64,000 nucleotides of DNA from Candidatus Gottesmanbacteria bacterium (GTDB taxonomy: Bacteria > Patescibacteriota > Microgenomatia > UBA10105 > UBA927). The stretch's first letter is position 1; each line of letters opens with the position of its first letter. The DNA is taken from contig OY969569.1 of NCBI GenBank assembly GCA_963701185.1, forward strand, positions 859,548 through 923,547. Direction: 5' to 3'. The notes beneath the pieces are model-generated. The model had not been told where the DNA came from. It saw only the letters and a list, made by a program, of their open reading frames with translations, and did no database searches. Position numbers and translations under genes: made by a program. This document shows positions 26,438-36,565 of the stretch, one piece after another.

Positions 26438-27076
26438 TTAGAATATTCTCGGGCTGACGAAATTAGAATCCGGGATGCCCAGATCCGGCCGGCCCGGGCG
26501 CTGTGCCCGTATGATAGTACTTAGGAATTGTTTTTCCTGCGTACCCCATTGTTTTTCGAAAAGCCCGAGATCGCCGACATACACCACTTTTGTGTGGAGA
26601 TGTGCCGTATTTTCGGCGTGTTTGCGGGCCATCGCATCAAGGGCGGGGTCGCCGCCGTACTTGGACATTTGATAGACATCAAATCGATCGCCGCCCAAGG
26701 CTTTGTTGAACTGAACTGTTTCCAGATCCGTCCGTTTAATCCCGACCACGCGGGTTACTTTGACTTCGCCGGCAGGCTGATAAATTTTAAGCGCACCGGT
26801 CGGAATGTCGCCCTGGAAATCCAGCCCGAAGATGGTATCAACATCCGGTCCGAGTGTGCCCATGTCAATATCCTGAAATACCGGGTACAATGCTTTCGCT
26901 ACCTCGACAAACTGGTACGGGAATGTTTGATATTTTCCGTTTTCATACGGAAGGTTTATCGCTTCAGTTTCTTTTTGCAGTCCTTCCGGAAGTCGTACCC
27001 CGGCAAGCGTCATCCCTGCTATTATCCCACCGGCCCCTTTTATAAAATCTCTACGCGATAATTCTTTATTTGCCAT
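26438..27076 (-). CDS. Hypothetical protein with twin-arginine (Tat) signal
   Basis: SRRDFIKGAGGIIAGMTLAG Tat consensus. Confidence 0.4.
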   Translation of the reverse strand: MANKELSRRDFIKGAGGIIAGMTLAGVRLPEGLQKETEAINLPYENGKYQTFPYQFVEVAKALYPVFQDIDMGTLGPDVDTIFGLDFQGDIPTGALKIYQPAGEVKVTRVVGIKRTDLETVQFNKALGGDRFDVYQMSKYGGDPALDAMARKHAENTAHLHTKVVYVGDLGLFEKQWGTQEKQFLSTIIRAQRPGRPDLGIPDSNFVSPRIF

Positions 27077-27093
27077 ATAACCTCCTTTTTAAC

Positions 27094-27669
27094 TTATTTT
27101 TTTAATAATAATGCCAATCCGCCGACTCCGGACAGGGCGCTTATCGATACTATCCAGAAGTCATTTACCCCTGCTACCGGCAGAGTTGCTCCCAAAACTT
27201 GACCGGTGACGCAGATCTGTGCCGTATCATAGTCGCCGTTAGGCCGCTCTGTCGCGGAAACTGCGGAATAATTGACGGCACACTGGCCGCTGACAATCGT
27301 ACCCGTTACTTTTGCGGTAATGTCAAAAACCCGGTTTTGACCGGCAGGCAGGTTATCTATAGTGAAATTCAGCGTCCGGCTTCCGGCGTCGTACGCGCCC
27401 GAACCACTGACGAAGGCCATAGTCTCCGGGAAGACGTCACGGATCTTCAGGTTGTGGAACGTCTCGCCGCTGCTGTTTTTGATGATCAGCCGGAACGTAA
27501 ATTCGCGGCCGGACGCAAATGAAGATGCGGAAACAGAGAGATTATCAAAGAAATTACTTGTTGAGAGGTCTTTAATTTGTTTGTCGATGGTGAGGTCTAC
27601 CGGTTGGCAACTCTGGCCGCCGCCGTACTGGGTCGTGCAATTTTGCGCATTGGCTTTTGGCGTCAGCAC
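27094..27669 (-). CDS. Cell-surface beta-domain protein with C-terminal LPxAG sorting signal (likely sortase substrate)
   Basis: Signal peptide; DUF11-like conserved-repeat domain; C-terminal LPVAG, hydrophobic stretch, then LLKK. Confidence 0.45.
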   Translation of the reverse strand: MLTPKANAQNCTTQYGGGQSCQPVDLTIDKQIKDLSTSNFFDNLSVSASSFASGREFTFRLIIKNSSGETFHNLKIRDVFPETMAFVSGSGAYDAGSRTLNFTIDNLPAGQNRVFDITAKVTGTIVSGQCAVNYSAVSATERPNGDYDTAQICVTGQVLGATLPVAGVNDFWIVSISALSGVGGLALLLKK

Positions 27670-27784
27670 GATAAAAGCAAACAGGAAAGAAACAAGAATA
27701 AATGCAAAACGAGAGGTGAATCGATATCTATTTTTTATAGGTTTCGGGCAAGTGATGAGAAGATATCACACTAGTACGCTCCTG

Positions 27785-28060
27785 TCAACTATTATGGGAT
27801 TGATCGGCTGCCTCAGCTTCCTTTTCCATCTGTTCTAAACGGGTGTAGTAGTCGGAGAATTCGTTAAGATGCGCCAGCGCAATTTTTCCCGTCAGCAATA
27901 AATCGTCATTCGTGACATTTGTCAGGGGACTGACCGTCCCATGTTCCAATTCCACGTTCATGCCTATGGTGAACTGACCAATGTCGAATTTACTCCAGTC
28001 AATACCCAAGCGCTCACCGGTGGATTTTGCTTCTGCCTCCGTAATGTATTTTTTTGTCAT
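27785..28060 (-). CDS. Hypothetical small protein
   Basis: 91 aa ORF. Confidence 0.3.
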   Translation of the reverse strand: MTKKYITEAEAKSTGERLGIDWSKFDIGQFTIGMNVELEHGTVSPLTNVTNDDLLLTGKIALAHLNEFSDYYTRLEQMEKEAEAADQSHNS

Positions 28061-28148
28061 TTTTGTAAGAGATACGTATTTGTATCAGTATACACGTTTT
28101 ACGCATCTGTGATAAGCTGACTATAGGGGCAAAAGGAGGTGACATAAC

Positions 28149-28610
28149 ATGACGGAACAAAATGCAGACGTACAGGAAGTAACGACGGTTTCGACGCCGA
28201 CTACGACACAACGGGTTGTTCAGCAAACGAGGACAGTAAAACCAGCGATAGCGACAGGATCTCCACAAAAAACGTATGAAACCAAAAAAGCAATTTTCCG
28301 CGTGTATCAGATTATCTGGTACATTCTGGGTGTCATTGAGGTGATTCTGGCGTTTAGGGTCATTCTCAAGCTCCTTGGGGCAAATGCCGGGAGCGGGTTT
28401 ACCAATTTTATCTATACGGTGAGTAATCCTTTCGCGTTGCCGTTTGCGGGGATATTGGGTGTTACGGGTATTTCGGATATGACGTTTGAATGGTCAACGA
28501 TCATTGCCATGGTGGTCTATGCCATTGTTGCGTACGGAATCGTTGCGCTTTTCCAGATGGTGAAGCCGACAAATCCGCAGGAAGTAGATCAAACAGTTGA
28601 TAATCAATAA
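28149..28610 (+). CDS. YGGT-family membrane protein
   Basis: Two YGGT-like repeats (VYQIIWYILGVIEVILAFRVILKLL ...); SD AGGAGGTGA. Confidence 0.6.
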   Translation: MTEQNADVQEVTTVSTPTTTQRVVQQTRTVKPAIATGSPQKTYETKKAIFRVYQIIWYILGVIEVILAFRVILKLLGANAGSGFTNFIYTVSNPFALPFAGILGVTGISDMTFEWSTIIAMVVYAIVAYGIVALFQMVKPTNPQEVDQTVDNQ

Positions 28611-28631
28611 CCATAAGGAGGTGAAACATAT

Positions 28632-28835
28632 ATGACAACGATCGTCAATAACCCCCCTCCCGCCAAAGAGTCGGGAGGAGGCATGGGATGGATCATTGCA
28701 CTTATTGTGATTCTGATCGTCGGGTATCTGTTTATTATGTACGGGATTCCGGCTTTGAGACAAATACAGCTGGGAAGTCCGCAGATTACTCTACCGAGTA
28801 AAATCGACGTCAATATTAATCAGCCGGCTAAATAA
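28632..28835 (+). CDS. Small membrane protein
   Basis: 67 aa, one TM; SD AAGGAGGTGA. Confidence 0.4.
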   Translation: MTTIVNNPPPAKESGGGMGWIIALIVILIVGYLFIMYGIPALRQIQLGSPQITLPSKIDVNINQPAK

Positions 28836-28866
28836 TATGCCATGAGAGAAGGGAGGTGAAGAAACT

Positions 28867-29121
28867 ATGGGTATTTTATTGTGGATTATTTTCGGGGCGC
28901 TTGCAGGATGGATCGCATCCGTCATCATGAAAACCAATGCGAATCAAGGGACATTGATGGACGTCATTATGGGTATCGTCGGAGCCGTGGTGGGAGGATT
29001 TTTGATGAACCTGATCGGTCAATCAGGCGTTTCGGGATTTAACCTGTATAGCCTTGTTGTTGCCGTACTTGGTGCCATTGTCGTTATTGCAATTGGCCGC
29101 GCGTTGCAAAGAAACAGGTAA
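28867..29121 (+). CDS. GlsB/YeaQ/YmgE-family (transglycosylase-associated) membrane protein
   Basis: GILLWIIFGALAGWIA...GIVGAVVGGFL motifs; SD GGGAGGTGA. Confidence 0.65.
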   Translation: MGILLWIIFGALAGWIASVIMKTNANQGTLMDVIMGIVGAVVGGFLMNLIGQSGVSGFNLYSLVVAVLGAIVVIAIGRALQRNR

Positions 29122-29158
29122 CGCGAGGGAGCGAGGGGAAGCAAGGGAGGTGAGAAAC

Positions 29159-29302
29159 ATGAATATTTCTACGACGAGTTTAAGTCCGTTAGCTTCGCTG
29201 GTGTTTGGCGTCTTGATCCTTATCTTTCCGAAATTTCTTAACTATTTTATCGCTGCGTACCTGATTATTGTCGGCATTATCGGATTAGGGTTGATACGGT
29301 GA
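29159..29302 (+). CDS. DUF3096-like small membrane protein
   Basis: 47 aa, two TM; SD GGGAGGTGA; ORF-track N-terminal extension with TTG rejected. Confidence 0.4.
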   Translation: MNISTTSLSPLASLVFGVLILIFPKFLNYFIAAYLIIVGIIGLGLIR

Positions 29303-29311
29303 CAGCGTGTT

Positions 29312-29539
29312 TTAAAAATAAAGAAGAATTCCCAGTACTCCATGAATGAGTGCAAGCGTTATGGAGAGAGCGGCCATCCCCGGATGCCACCGAAAAGGAA
29401 TTTTGTGATTGCCCTTGAAGTTTAAAAACCCGATGAGGGCAGTGAACAAAAAAGAAAGAAGAGTCAAAATCCCCATATACATAATGAGGGGTTTCCCGAA
29501 TATCAAAAAGTAACTGACATTCCGTAACATGTTACTCAA
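29312..29539 (-). CDS. Small membrane protein
   Basis: 75 aa, two TM. Confidence 0.35.
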   Translation of the reverse strand: MSNMLRNVSYFLIFGKPLIMYMGILTLLSFLFTALIGFLNFKGNHKIPFRWHPGMAALSITLALIHGVLGILLYF

Positions 29540-29912
29540 CCACGATTTTCCCCTTCATGGAAGGATGAATACTACAACTATAATCAAACGTGCCCTTTGA
29601 AGTAAACGTAAAATCAAAGCTGTCTCCCCGGTTTAAGTCAGACGAATGAAACGAATCAGACGTAATTGTATGAGTCGCTGGATCCTGATTTATCCAGGTC
29701 ACCTTTGTCCCCTGCGGGACCGTCAGGGTATCGGGAGTAAACGAGAAATTCTTAATGGTTATTGTATCGGCCGCAACTTGGGTTTGCGGCTGCTCTGTTG
29801 CTGCCGGCTGTTGTTGGCTTGGTTGATATTGTTTTTGGGTGAAGTAGAATACACTGCCGACAACAACAATCACGACGACAATTCCGATAAGTATTTTATT
29901 ATTTATAATCAT
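29532..29912 (-). CDS. Membrane-anchored cupredoxin (plastocyanin/halocyanin-like blue copper protein)
   Basis: N-terminal TM; type-1 copper ligands H...C-S-I-H-P-S-M (CxxHxxM). Confidence 0.6.
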   Translation of the reverse strand: MIINNKILIGIVVVIVVVGSVFYFTQKQYQPSQQQPAATEQPQTQVAADTITIKNFSFTPDTLTVPQGTKVTWINQDPATHTITSDSFHSSDLNRGDSFDFTFTSKGTFDYSCSIHPSMKGKIVVE

Positions 29913-29938
29913 TCACCTCCCTCATATACATTAGTATA

Positions 29939-30727
29939 TCACGACTTCCGTCGTACATAGGCGACACCTGCAATAATACCCCATGCAACCGCTACTGCAA
30001 GAATTTGATAGGCGAGGATTTTATCCATTTTTAAGGTTAGGCTTGTAGGGTCCGGGGTCGGCGTGGGGGATGGAGTGATTGCGGTTCCGAGGACTTGGGT
30101 TTCCGCTGGAGACGGCAGGAAAGAACCGAATGTCCGTTGGGCAGGGGTATCGGCCAGAGGCCAATCAGCCTTTGGCTGAGGCGTTAGTGTGGGAGTAGGT
30201 ATTTTAGTAGGGAAGGGTGTAGGGTTTGCGGTGGGCGACGGTTGGGGACAATCATTATTTGTATTGAAGGTGGCAGTAGTGCACGTTACCCACGTTCCGC
30301 CGCCGTCTACACTTCGCCCCATAGAGTTATCGTATCCCAGGGTGCTTGGGTAACTTTGGCTGTCGATCAGAGTAGAAGGAGTTTTTTCATCAAAGAGTTG
30401 TACGGTATCTCCCCGTATAGAGAATCTCATATTCATTTGGTATCCGGTAAGCGTTAAAAACCCGTGAGGTGGTATTTTTGCGTTGATGCCAAAAGGAAAT
30501 TTGTCACCCTCGGCATTTTGAAGCATCCACCCGTTGAGTGATTTTGAATCCGGCCCATCGTCGGTGTTGTAAAGTTCAACCCATTCTACGTCGGGATTCT
30601 TATCTAACGGCATAAGTTCATTAATGACGATTGCGGCGCGGATCGGGGTATTGATGAAAAAAGGAGTGAGCAAAAACAGTGTCATACTACCGATGAGAGG
30701 CAAGAGATTGAAGGATCGTTGAATCAC
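29939..30727 (-). CDS. Lamin-tail-domain (LTD) secreted protein with C-terminal membrane anchor
   Basis: AAIVINELMP...VEWVELYN...LNGWML LTD signature; Pro/Thr-rich linker; C-terminal TM. Confidence 0.5.
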   Translation of the reverse strand: MIQRSFNLLPLIGSMTLFLLTPFFINTPIRAAIVINELMPLDKNPDVEWVELYNTDDGPDSKSLNGWMLQNAEGDKFPFGINAKIPPHGFLTLTGYQMNMRFSIRGDTVQLFDEKTPSTLIDSQSYPSTLGYDNSMGRSVDGGGTWVTCTTATFNTNNDCPQPSPTANPTPFPTKIPTPTLTPQPKADWPLADTPAQRTFGSFLPSPAETQVLGTAITPSPTPTPDPTSLTLKMDKILAYQILAVAVAWGIIAGVAYVRRKS

Positions 30728-30745
30728 GTACCGGTATTATACTCG

Positions 30746-31312
30746 TTAATCGTCGATTTTACCTTCTTCCGGTTTATCCCGTTTTTTCTCTTCTTCATGT
30801 TCCAGTGACTTAATGAATGTTTTATGTTCGGTCAGTACCGTATTTATTGTCTCATGGGAAACATCTTTTCGTTTTTCTATTTTTTTGATATCGTCATTTA
30901 AGTTGGTTATCGATGCATCGATAACTTTTTGGTTTCCCTGAATTTGGGCATGTTGAATTTCGTCGATTCGGCGGGAAATGATAGAGCTTGCGACCGTGGT
31001 TTTCAACGATTCGGTCGGGGATAAGGTAAGGGCGACCTGTTCACTGAGTACTTTAATAGGGTAAAGAGAGCTATTAGGAAGGCTTCCTTGCGCGGCGTAC
31101 ACAGCGCCGGCGGATAAGATAACGGTTGCGATCGCAGTACCCAGCGTGTAGCCAAAAACTCTCGGGCGCCGGTACCAGCTGACACGCAGAGGGTGCGGGT
31201 TTGTTACCGCATTGATAATTCGGATGCGCGCATTATTGCGGAATGTATCCGACGGCGTAGCCTCCTGTTTCAGGCTGTGCAGCATGTTTTCTATGTCAGA
31301 TGTGTTATTCAT
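30746..31312 (-). CDS. Putative anti-sigma factor (single-pass membrane)
   Basis: Directly downstream of and overlapping the ECF sigma gene; central TM; cytoplasmic N-terminal domain. Confidence 0.45.
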   Translation of the reverse strand: MNNTSDIENMLHSLKQEATPSDTFRNNARIRIINAVTNPHPLRVSWYRRPRVFGYTLGTAIATVILSAGAVYAAQGSLPNSSLYPIKVLSEQVALTLSPTESLKTTVASSIISRRIDEIQHAQIQGNQKVIDASITNLNDDIKKIEKRKDVSHETINTVLTEHKTFIKSLEHEEEKKRDKPEEGKIDD

Positions 31313-31847
31313 GGTCGACTACTGTCCGTAACTTTTGTACTGCGCGGCTCTGGAGTACCCGTACGTGCGCCAGTGGTTTATCCAGAAGCCCGCTGATTTC
31401 TTCATTCGTTTTGTCCTCAATGTATTTAAGAATGATGATTTCCTGATATGATTCCGGCAGTTTCCGGATGCAGTCCATAATATATTCTTTGGTTAATTTC
31501 CGTTCGGTTTCCCGCTCGGGATTTTGCTTTTCGTCAGGGACATCTGCCGATTCCGCGAGTGATACCGTTTTTTTTGTACTCCGGTAATAATCAATAATTT
31601 TATTGCGGGTAATCCTGTATACCCAGGCCTCAAACGGCAGCCCCCGCTCATTATAGTCACGTATGTGCTCAAAGATGCTGACAAATGCCGCTTCCGCAAT
31701 ATCTTCCGCATCTTCCCGTGTACTTACACGAAAAAAGACGAACCTGTAAACGGCGTCTATAAAAGTATCATACAAAACACCCACGGCTTCTTTGTCGCCG
31801 TTGCGGGCATCGTGAACGAGTTTTTTAATATTCACGCGTGTCCTCAT
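31305..31847 (-). CDS. ECF-type RNA polymerase sigma factor
   Basis: Region 2 FVSIFEHIRDYNERGLPFEAWVYRITRNKIIDYYR; region 4 EISGLLDKPLAHVRVLQSRAVQKLR; ATG at 31847. Confidence 0.75.
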   Translation of the reverse strand: MRTRVNIKKLVHDARNGDKEAVGVLYDTFIDAVYRFVFFRVSTREDAEDIAEAAFVSIFEHIRDYNERGLPFEAWVYRITRNKIIDYYRSTKKTVSLAESADVPDEKQNPERETERKLTKEYIMDCIRKLPESYQEIIILKYIEDKTNEEISGLLDKPLAHVRVLQSRAVQKLRTVVDHE

Positions 31848-31982
31848 ATATAGAACGGATTTGTAGTATAAAACGTAACAGGCGCAATTACCATGGTGGT
31901 CAGGCAAAGATAGCCTATATAGTGTATAATAGCCGTGTTCTGCCCTAACGGCCCCGACTTAGCGTCGGGGTATTACGTGTTT

Positions 31983-33806
31983 ATGGATATACGAAATATT
32001 GCTATTATCGCGCACGTGGATCACGGAAAAACAACCCTCGTAGACGGGATGCTCAAACAGACCCATACGTTCCGCGCCAATGAGAAGGAAATGACCCAAA
32101 CGACCATCCTTGACAGTAATGCCCTGGAGCGGGAAAAAGGGATTACGATCCTCGCCAAAAATACGGCGGTCATGTACCATAAAACGAAAATAAACATTAT
32201 TGACACGCCCGGCCATGCGGATTTCTCCGGCGAGGTAGAGCGGGTTATCAACATGGCGGACGGCGCCCTCCTTGTTATCGATGCGGCGGAAGGACCCCTC
32301 CCGCAAACGCAATTTGTTCTTCAAAAAGCACTGGAACACAACCTTAAGCTGATTGTTGTTATCAATAAAATCGACCGCAAAGATGCGCGCCCGGACGAGG
32401 TTCTCCGTGAGACGGAAGAACTTTTCCTCCATATTGCCTCTCATTCGCACCATCTGGATTTTCCCGTGCTCTATGCCATCGGCCGTGAGGAAAAAGCATG
32501 GAGTTCGTATCCCGGCGATATGAATGAAAAAACAGATTTAACATCGCTGTTTGATGCAATCATCAAATATATTCCGGCGCCTATCGTTGATGCAACTAAA
32601 CCGTTTAAAATGCTGGTTTCTACCCTGGATTTTGAATCCCATAAGGGAACCTTTGCTATCGGCAAAGTCGGCCAGGGATCTGTGAAACCCGGACAAAAGG
32701 TATTTCAGATGCTGGAGGATAAAAAGCTCGGGGCATTCACCGTCGGTGAGGTATTTACGAGCGTTGGTTTGAAGCGGGTTCCGGCTGAATTAGGGGAAAC
32801 CGGGGATATCATTGCTATTACCGGTATACCGGATGTTGGTATCGGTCAGACACTTACGGACCCTTCTGATCCGGTCGGATTTCCGGCTATTCATCTTGAA
32901 GAGCCTACTCTCAAAATTCTGGTGTCCGCAAATACGTCTCCGTTTGCCGGACGCGAAGGGAAATTTTCGACGGCCCGCCAGATCCACCAGAGGCTCATTA
33001 AGGAAAAACAGACGAATATCGGACTCCGCATCACGGAAAATCCGGAAGGCACGGGATTTATCGTCGCCGGACGGGGAGAGCTTCATTTGGCAATTCTTTT
33101 TGAAAATTTGCGCCGCGAGGGGTATGAATTTCAAGTAGGCAAACCCGAGGTTATCTTAAAAGAAGAGGGCGGTGTGATTCAGGAACCATTTGAAGAAATT
33201 ACGATAGAAATAGATAATGCGTACGTCGGCGTCATCAGTGAAGAAATTGGTCGGCGCCGCGCCATGATGCTTGATACACACACGAATGAACGCGGTGTGA
33301 CCAAAATGGTATACAAAGTGTCCAGCCGCAACCTTCTTGGATTCCGCGGCGATATTCTAACGAAAACACGCGGGAACGGCATATTTGCCACGCGGTTTAT
33401 CGGATATTTCCCAATGACACCACATATTGCGAAACTCCGAAACGGCGTCCTCGTGTCTTTGGAAACGGGTAAATCCACGGGCTATGCGCTCACGACCGTG
33501 CAGGAACGGGGAAAACCATTTATCGGTCCCGGCATACCGGTGTATGAAGGCATGATTATCGGCCTCAACAACCGGTCGGAAGATATTGATATCAACGTCT
33601 GTAAGATTAAGAAATTAACTAATATTCATAGTGCGAATGCGGATGTTGCCATCCAACTGGATCCGCCGATGGTGTTATCTCTCGAACAGGCTCTGGATTT
33701 TATTGAAGACGATGAGCTTCTGGAAGTAACCCCGTTACATTTGCGGCTCCGCAAAAAATTCCTCACCCACACCGACCGCGTCCGCCACGCGCGGGCGAAC
33801 ACCTAG
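31983..33806 (+). CDS. typA: Translational GTPase TypA/BipA
   Basis: IRNIAIIAHVDHGKTTL, DTPGHADF, NKID G-motifs; length and C-terminal domain fit BipA; GTG-extended ORF-track start rejected. Confidence 0.85.
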   Translation: MDIRNIAIIAHVDHGKTTLVDGMLKQTHTFRANEKEMTQTTILDSNALEREKGITILAKNTAVMYHKTKINIIDTPGHADFSGEVERVINMADGALLVIDAAEGPLPQTQFVLQKALEHNLKLIVVINKIDRKDARPDEVLRETEELFLHIASHSHHLDFPVLYAIGREEKAWSSYPGDMNEKTDLTSLFDAIIKYIPAPIVDATKPFKMLVSTLDFESHKGTFAIGKVGQGSVKPGQKVFQMLEDKKLGAFTVGEVFTSVGLKRVPAELGETGDIIAITGIPDVGIGQTLTDPSDPVGFPAIHLEEPTLKILVSANTSPFAGREGKFSTARQIHQRLIKEKQTNIGLRITENPEGTGFIVAGRGELHLAILFENLRREGYEFQVGKPEVILKEEGGVIQEPFEEITIEIDNAYVGVISEEIGRRRAMMLDTHTNERGVTKMVYKVSSRNLLGFRGDILTKTRGNGIFATRFIGYFPMTPHIAKLRNGVLVSLETGKSTGYALTTVQERGKPFIGPGIPVYEGMIIGLNNRSEDIDINVCKIKKLTNIHSANADVAIQLDPPMVLSLEQALDFIEDDELLEVTPLHLRLRKKFLTHTDRVRHARANT

Positions 33807-33832
33807 CTTACGATCTGTTGTATTATAGATGT

Positions 33833-35515
33833 ATGAACCTGTCCAACGAGCAGCTGGCGTTGCTCGTGTCTCAAAGCAACATAGATCAAGCTAAACTGGC
33901 AAGCGCTGTTGAGTTTGCTAAATCCGCAAACGTACCGCTGTCTGCCGCCCTCGTTGAAAAAGAAGTGCTTTCAGACGAGCAGCTCGGAACTATTGTTGCG
34001 GCCTACTATAAAGTTCCCTTTATTGAGTTGTCCAAGAGTACCATCATGGAGGATGTGTTTCACATCGTGCCGGAAAAAGTTGCCCGTAAGCAAAGCGCGA
34101 TTGCGTTTGCCCGCGATAGTACGGGAATTAAAATTGCCATGTCGGACCCCACGAATCTTTCGATCGTGGAAATGGTGGCCAAAAAAACAGGGCAACAGGT
34201 CATGATCCACTACGCGACCGAACGTGACATAGAAAATACACTTCAGGTATATAAAAAAGTCCTTCAGAAAACGATCGATGAGCTTCTCAAGGAAGATATC
34301 AAAAAGGCAACCACATCGGTGTATGACGATTTGCCGATTGCTAAAATTGTCGATGTGTTAATCGACGCGGCATATCAGGATAAAGCATCGGATATTCACA
34401 TTGAGCCGGAGGAAAATAATTCCCTTATTCGGTTCCGCATCGACGGCGTTCTTCACGAGGTGCTGCGTGTTCCCAAAATCCTGCATGACCGCATCATTAC
34501 CCGCATTAAGGTGCTTTCGGGACTCCGGACTGATGAACATATGAGCGCGCAGGACGGGAAAATGCGTTTGAGCCTTGAAGAAGAAAATCTCGACATCCGG
34601 GTGTCCATTATCCCTATCGCCGAAGGGGAGAAAGTCGTGCTGCGGCTGCTGTCGTCCCGATCCCGCGAATATACCCTTACCGATTTGGGCATGAGCGAGA
34701 ACGATCTGAAGAAAGTGAAAGCCGCATACAATAAATCGTACGGCATGATTCTTTCGACCGGGCCGACGGGATCCGGGAAGACGACGTCAATTTACGCTAT
34801 ACTGAAAATTCTCAACACCCGGGAAAAGAACATCACCACAATCGAGGACCCTATTGAATACAGGATTAAAGGCGCCAATCAGGTGCAGGTAAACCCGAAA
34901 ACAAACCTGACGTTTGCCAACGGCTTGCGGTCAATCCTCCGGCAGGATCCCAATATTATTTTCGTCGGTGAAATCCGGGATTCGGAAACGGCAGGTATCG
35001 CCGTGAATGCAGCCCTTACCGGCCATTTGGTTCTTTCAACGCTGCACACCAACGACGCGGCGACGGCAATTCCGCGGTTGACCGATATGAAAGTGGAACC
35101 GTTTCTTGTCGCCTCCACCGTGAATATTATCATTGCGCAGCGTTTGGTGCGTAAAATATGCGATATGTGTAAAACAACGGACGACATGACGATGGATGAA
35201 CTAAAAAAACATCTACCGGAGGAAATTATTAAAAAACATTTCGGCGGCTCGGAGAAATTGACGCTCTACAAAGGAAAGGGTTGTAAAATTTGTCATACCA
35301 CAGGCTATAGCGGCCGCTTGGGAGTTTTTGAAGTATTGGAAGTGACCAAAACGATACGGCAGCTTATTACGGAACGGAGCGACTCCGATGTTATTAATCA
35401 AAAGGCGATAGAAGAAGGCATGACGACAATGCTTGATGACGGGCTGGATAAAGTCCGTAAGGGCTTAACGACCATCAAAGAGGTTGTCCGTGTTACGAAA
35501 GTAGAGTCCTTATGA
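33833..35515 (+). CDS. pilB: Type IV pilus assembly ATPase PilB/GspE family
   Basis: GspE-N domain; Walker A GPTGSGKTT; Asp/His boxes; C-terminal CxxC tetracysteine. Confidence 0.8.
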   Translation: MNLSNEQLALLVSQSNIDQAKLASAVEFAKSANVPLSAALVEKEVLSDEQLGTIVAAYYKVPFIELSKSTIMEDVFHIVPEKVARKQSAIAFARDSTGIKIAMSDPTNLSIVEMVAKKTGQQVMIHYATERDIENTLQVYKKVLQKTIDELLKEDIKKATTSVYDDLPIAKIVDVLIDAAYQDKASDIHIEPEENNSLIRFRIDGVLHEVLRVPKILHDRIITRIKVLSGLRTDEHMSAQDGKMRLSLEEENLDIRVSIIPIAEGEKVVLRLLSSRSREYTLTDLGMSENDLKKVKAAYNKSYGMILSTGPTGSGKTTSIYAILKILNTREKNITTIEDPIEYRIKGANQVQVNPKTNLTFANGLRSILRQDPNIIFVGEIRDSETAGIAVNAALTGHLVLSTLHTNDAATAIPRLTDMKVEPFLVASTVNIIIAQRLVRKICDMCKTTDDMTMDELKKHLPEEIIKKHFGGSEKLTLYKGKGCKICHTTGYSGRLGVFEVLEVTKTIRQLITERSDSDVINQKAIEEGMTTMLDDGLDKVRKGLTTIKEVVRVTKVESL

Positions 35516-36564
35516 ATGAACAGCAGACGACGCTTGGCAACAGCGATAAAGTTGCCCTTATCGGAAGTTTAGCGACCATGTTGTCTGCCGGCATTCCCAT
35601 TCTTGACGTCGTCAATTCGCTGCTGGAGGATTCCAAAGGAGGACAGCTGAAAATTCTTACGGCACTTCACGAAGATCTTATGCAGGGAAAGCATATCTAT
35701 GTGACGTTTTCAAAATTCCCTCGCGTGTTTGATAAAGTGACGGTATCGGTTATCAAGGCATCGGAGGAGGCGGGGACGCTCGATGTCACGCTTCGGGATC
35801 TGAAACAAACCATTCAAAAGGAAATCGAATTCAGCGATAAAGTACGGTCCGCCATGATTTATCCGGTGTTTATTATTTTTATTTTTTTGGCGGTACTCCT
35901 GATGATTCTTATTGTCGTCGTGCCGAAAATTTCAACGGTTTTTTTGAGACTTAAAGTCGATTTACCCCTGCCGACACGCATTTTGATATTTCTTTCCGAT
36001 CTTTTAGTGAAAAATACGGTATTTGTTTTGGGCGGCCTTGCTCTTCTTATTGTAGGGGGGATCTTTGTATACCGGAGAAAACAGAAGACCATCATGAATA
36101 TAGTCTATGCACTTCCTATCATTTCAAAGTTAATTCAGGAGATTGATATTACGCGGTTTACCCGGAGCCTGCATTTATTGTTATCTTCGGGCTTGCCGAT
36201 AACGGCCGCCCTGGAGTTGACGAGCGATGTCGTCAACCGGAAGAAGACGGCGGACATTATCCGCCGGTCGCGCGACATGGTATTTGCGGGGAAGAAGCTT
36301 TCCGAGGGATTCCGGATGTCCAAAGGATATATTCCGGCACTGATGATTAAGCTCATGGAAGCAGGGGAAAAAACCGGTACGCTTGATAAGTCCATGCAGG
36401 ACATATCGGAATATTACGATTATGAAGTAACGACGACACTCAAAACTATCACAGCGCTTCTTGAGCCGATTCTCCTTGTCGCCGTGGGCGTCGTTGTCGG
36501 CGGGATGATGCTTGCCATTATTTCGCCGATCTATGGCCTCATCAGTCAGGTCGGGCGGCATTAA
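35512..36564 (+). CDS. pilC: Type IV pilus platform protein PilC/GspF family
   Basis: Two T2SS-F repeats with three TM; ATGA overlap with pilB. Confidence 0.7.
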   Translation: MNEQQTTLGNSDKVALIGSLATMLSAGIPILDVVNSLLEDSKGGQLKILTALHEDLMQGKHIYVTFSKFPRVFDKVTVSVIKASEEAGTLDVTLRDLKQTIQKEIEFSDKVRSAMIYPVFIIFIFLAVLLMILIVVVPKISTVFLRLKVDLPLPTRILIFLSDLLVKNTVFVLGGLALLIVGGIFVYRRKQKTIMNIVYALPIISKLIQEIDITRFTRSLHLLLSSGLPITAALELTSDVVNRKKTADIIRRSRDMVFAGKKLSEGFRMSKGYIPALMIKLMEAGEKTGTLDKSMQDISEYYDYEVTTTLKTITALLEPILLVAVGVVVGGMMLAIISPIYGLISQVGRH

Positions 36565-36565
36565 T

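Noticed and set aside
31935-31982. GTG-extended N-terminus of typA (and similar TTG/GTG extensions at 21843, 20230, 29054, 33818, 36512)
   Set aside because: The ORF track uses alternative start codons; conserved protein N-termini, SD or TATAAT positions and upstream stop codons support the downstream ATGs
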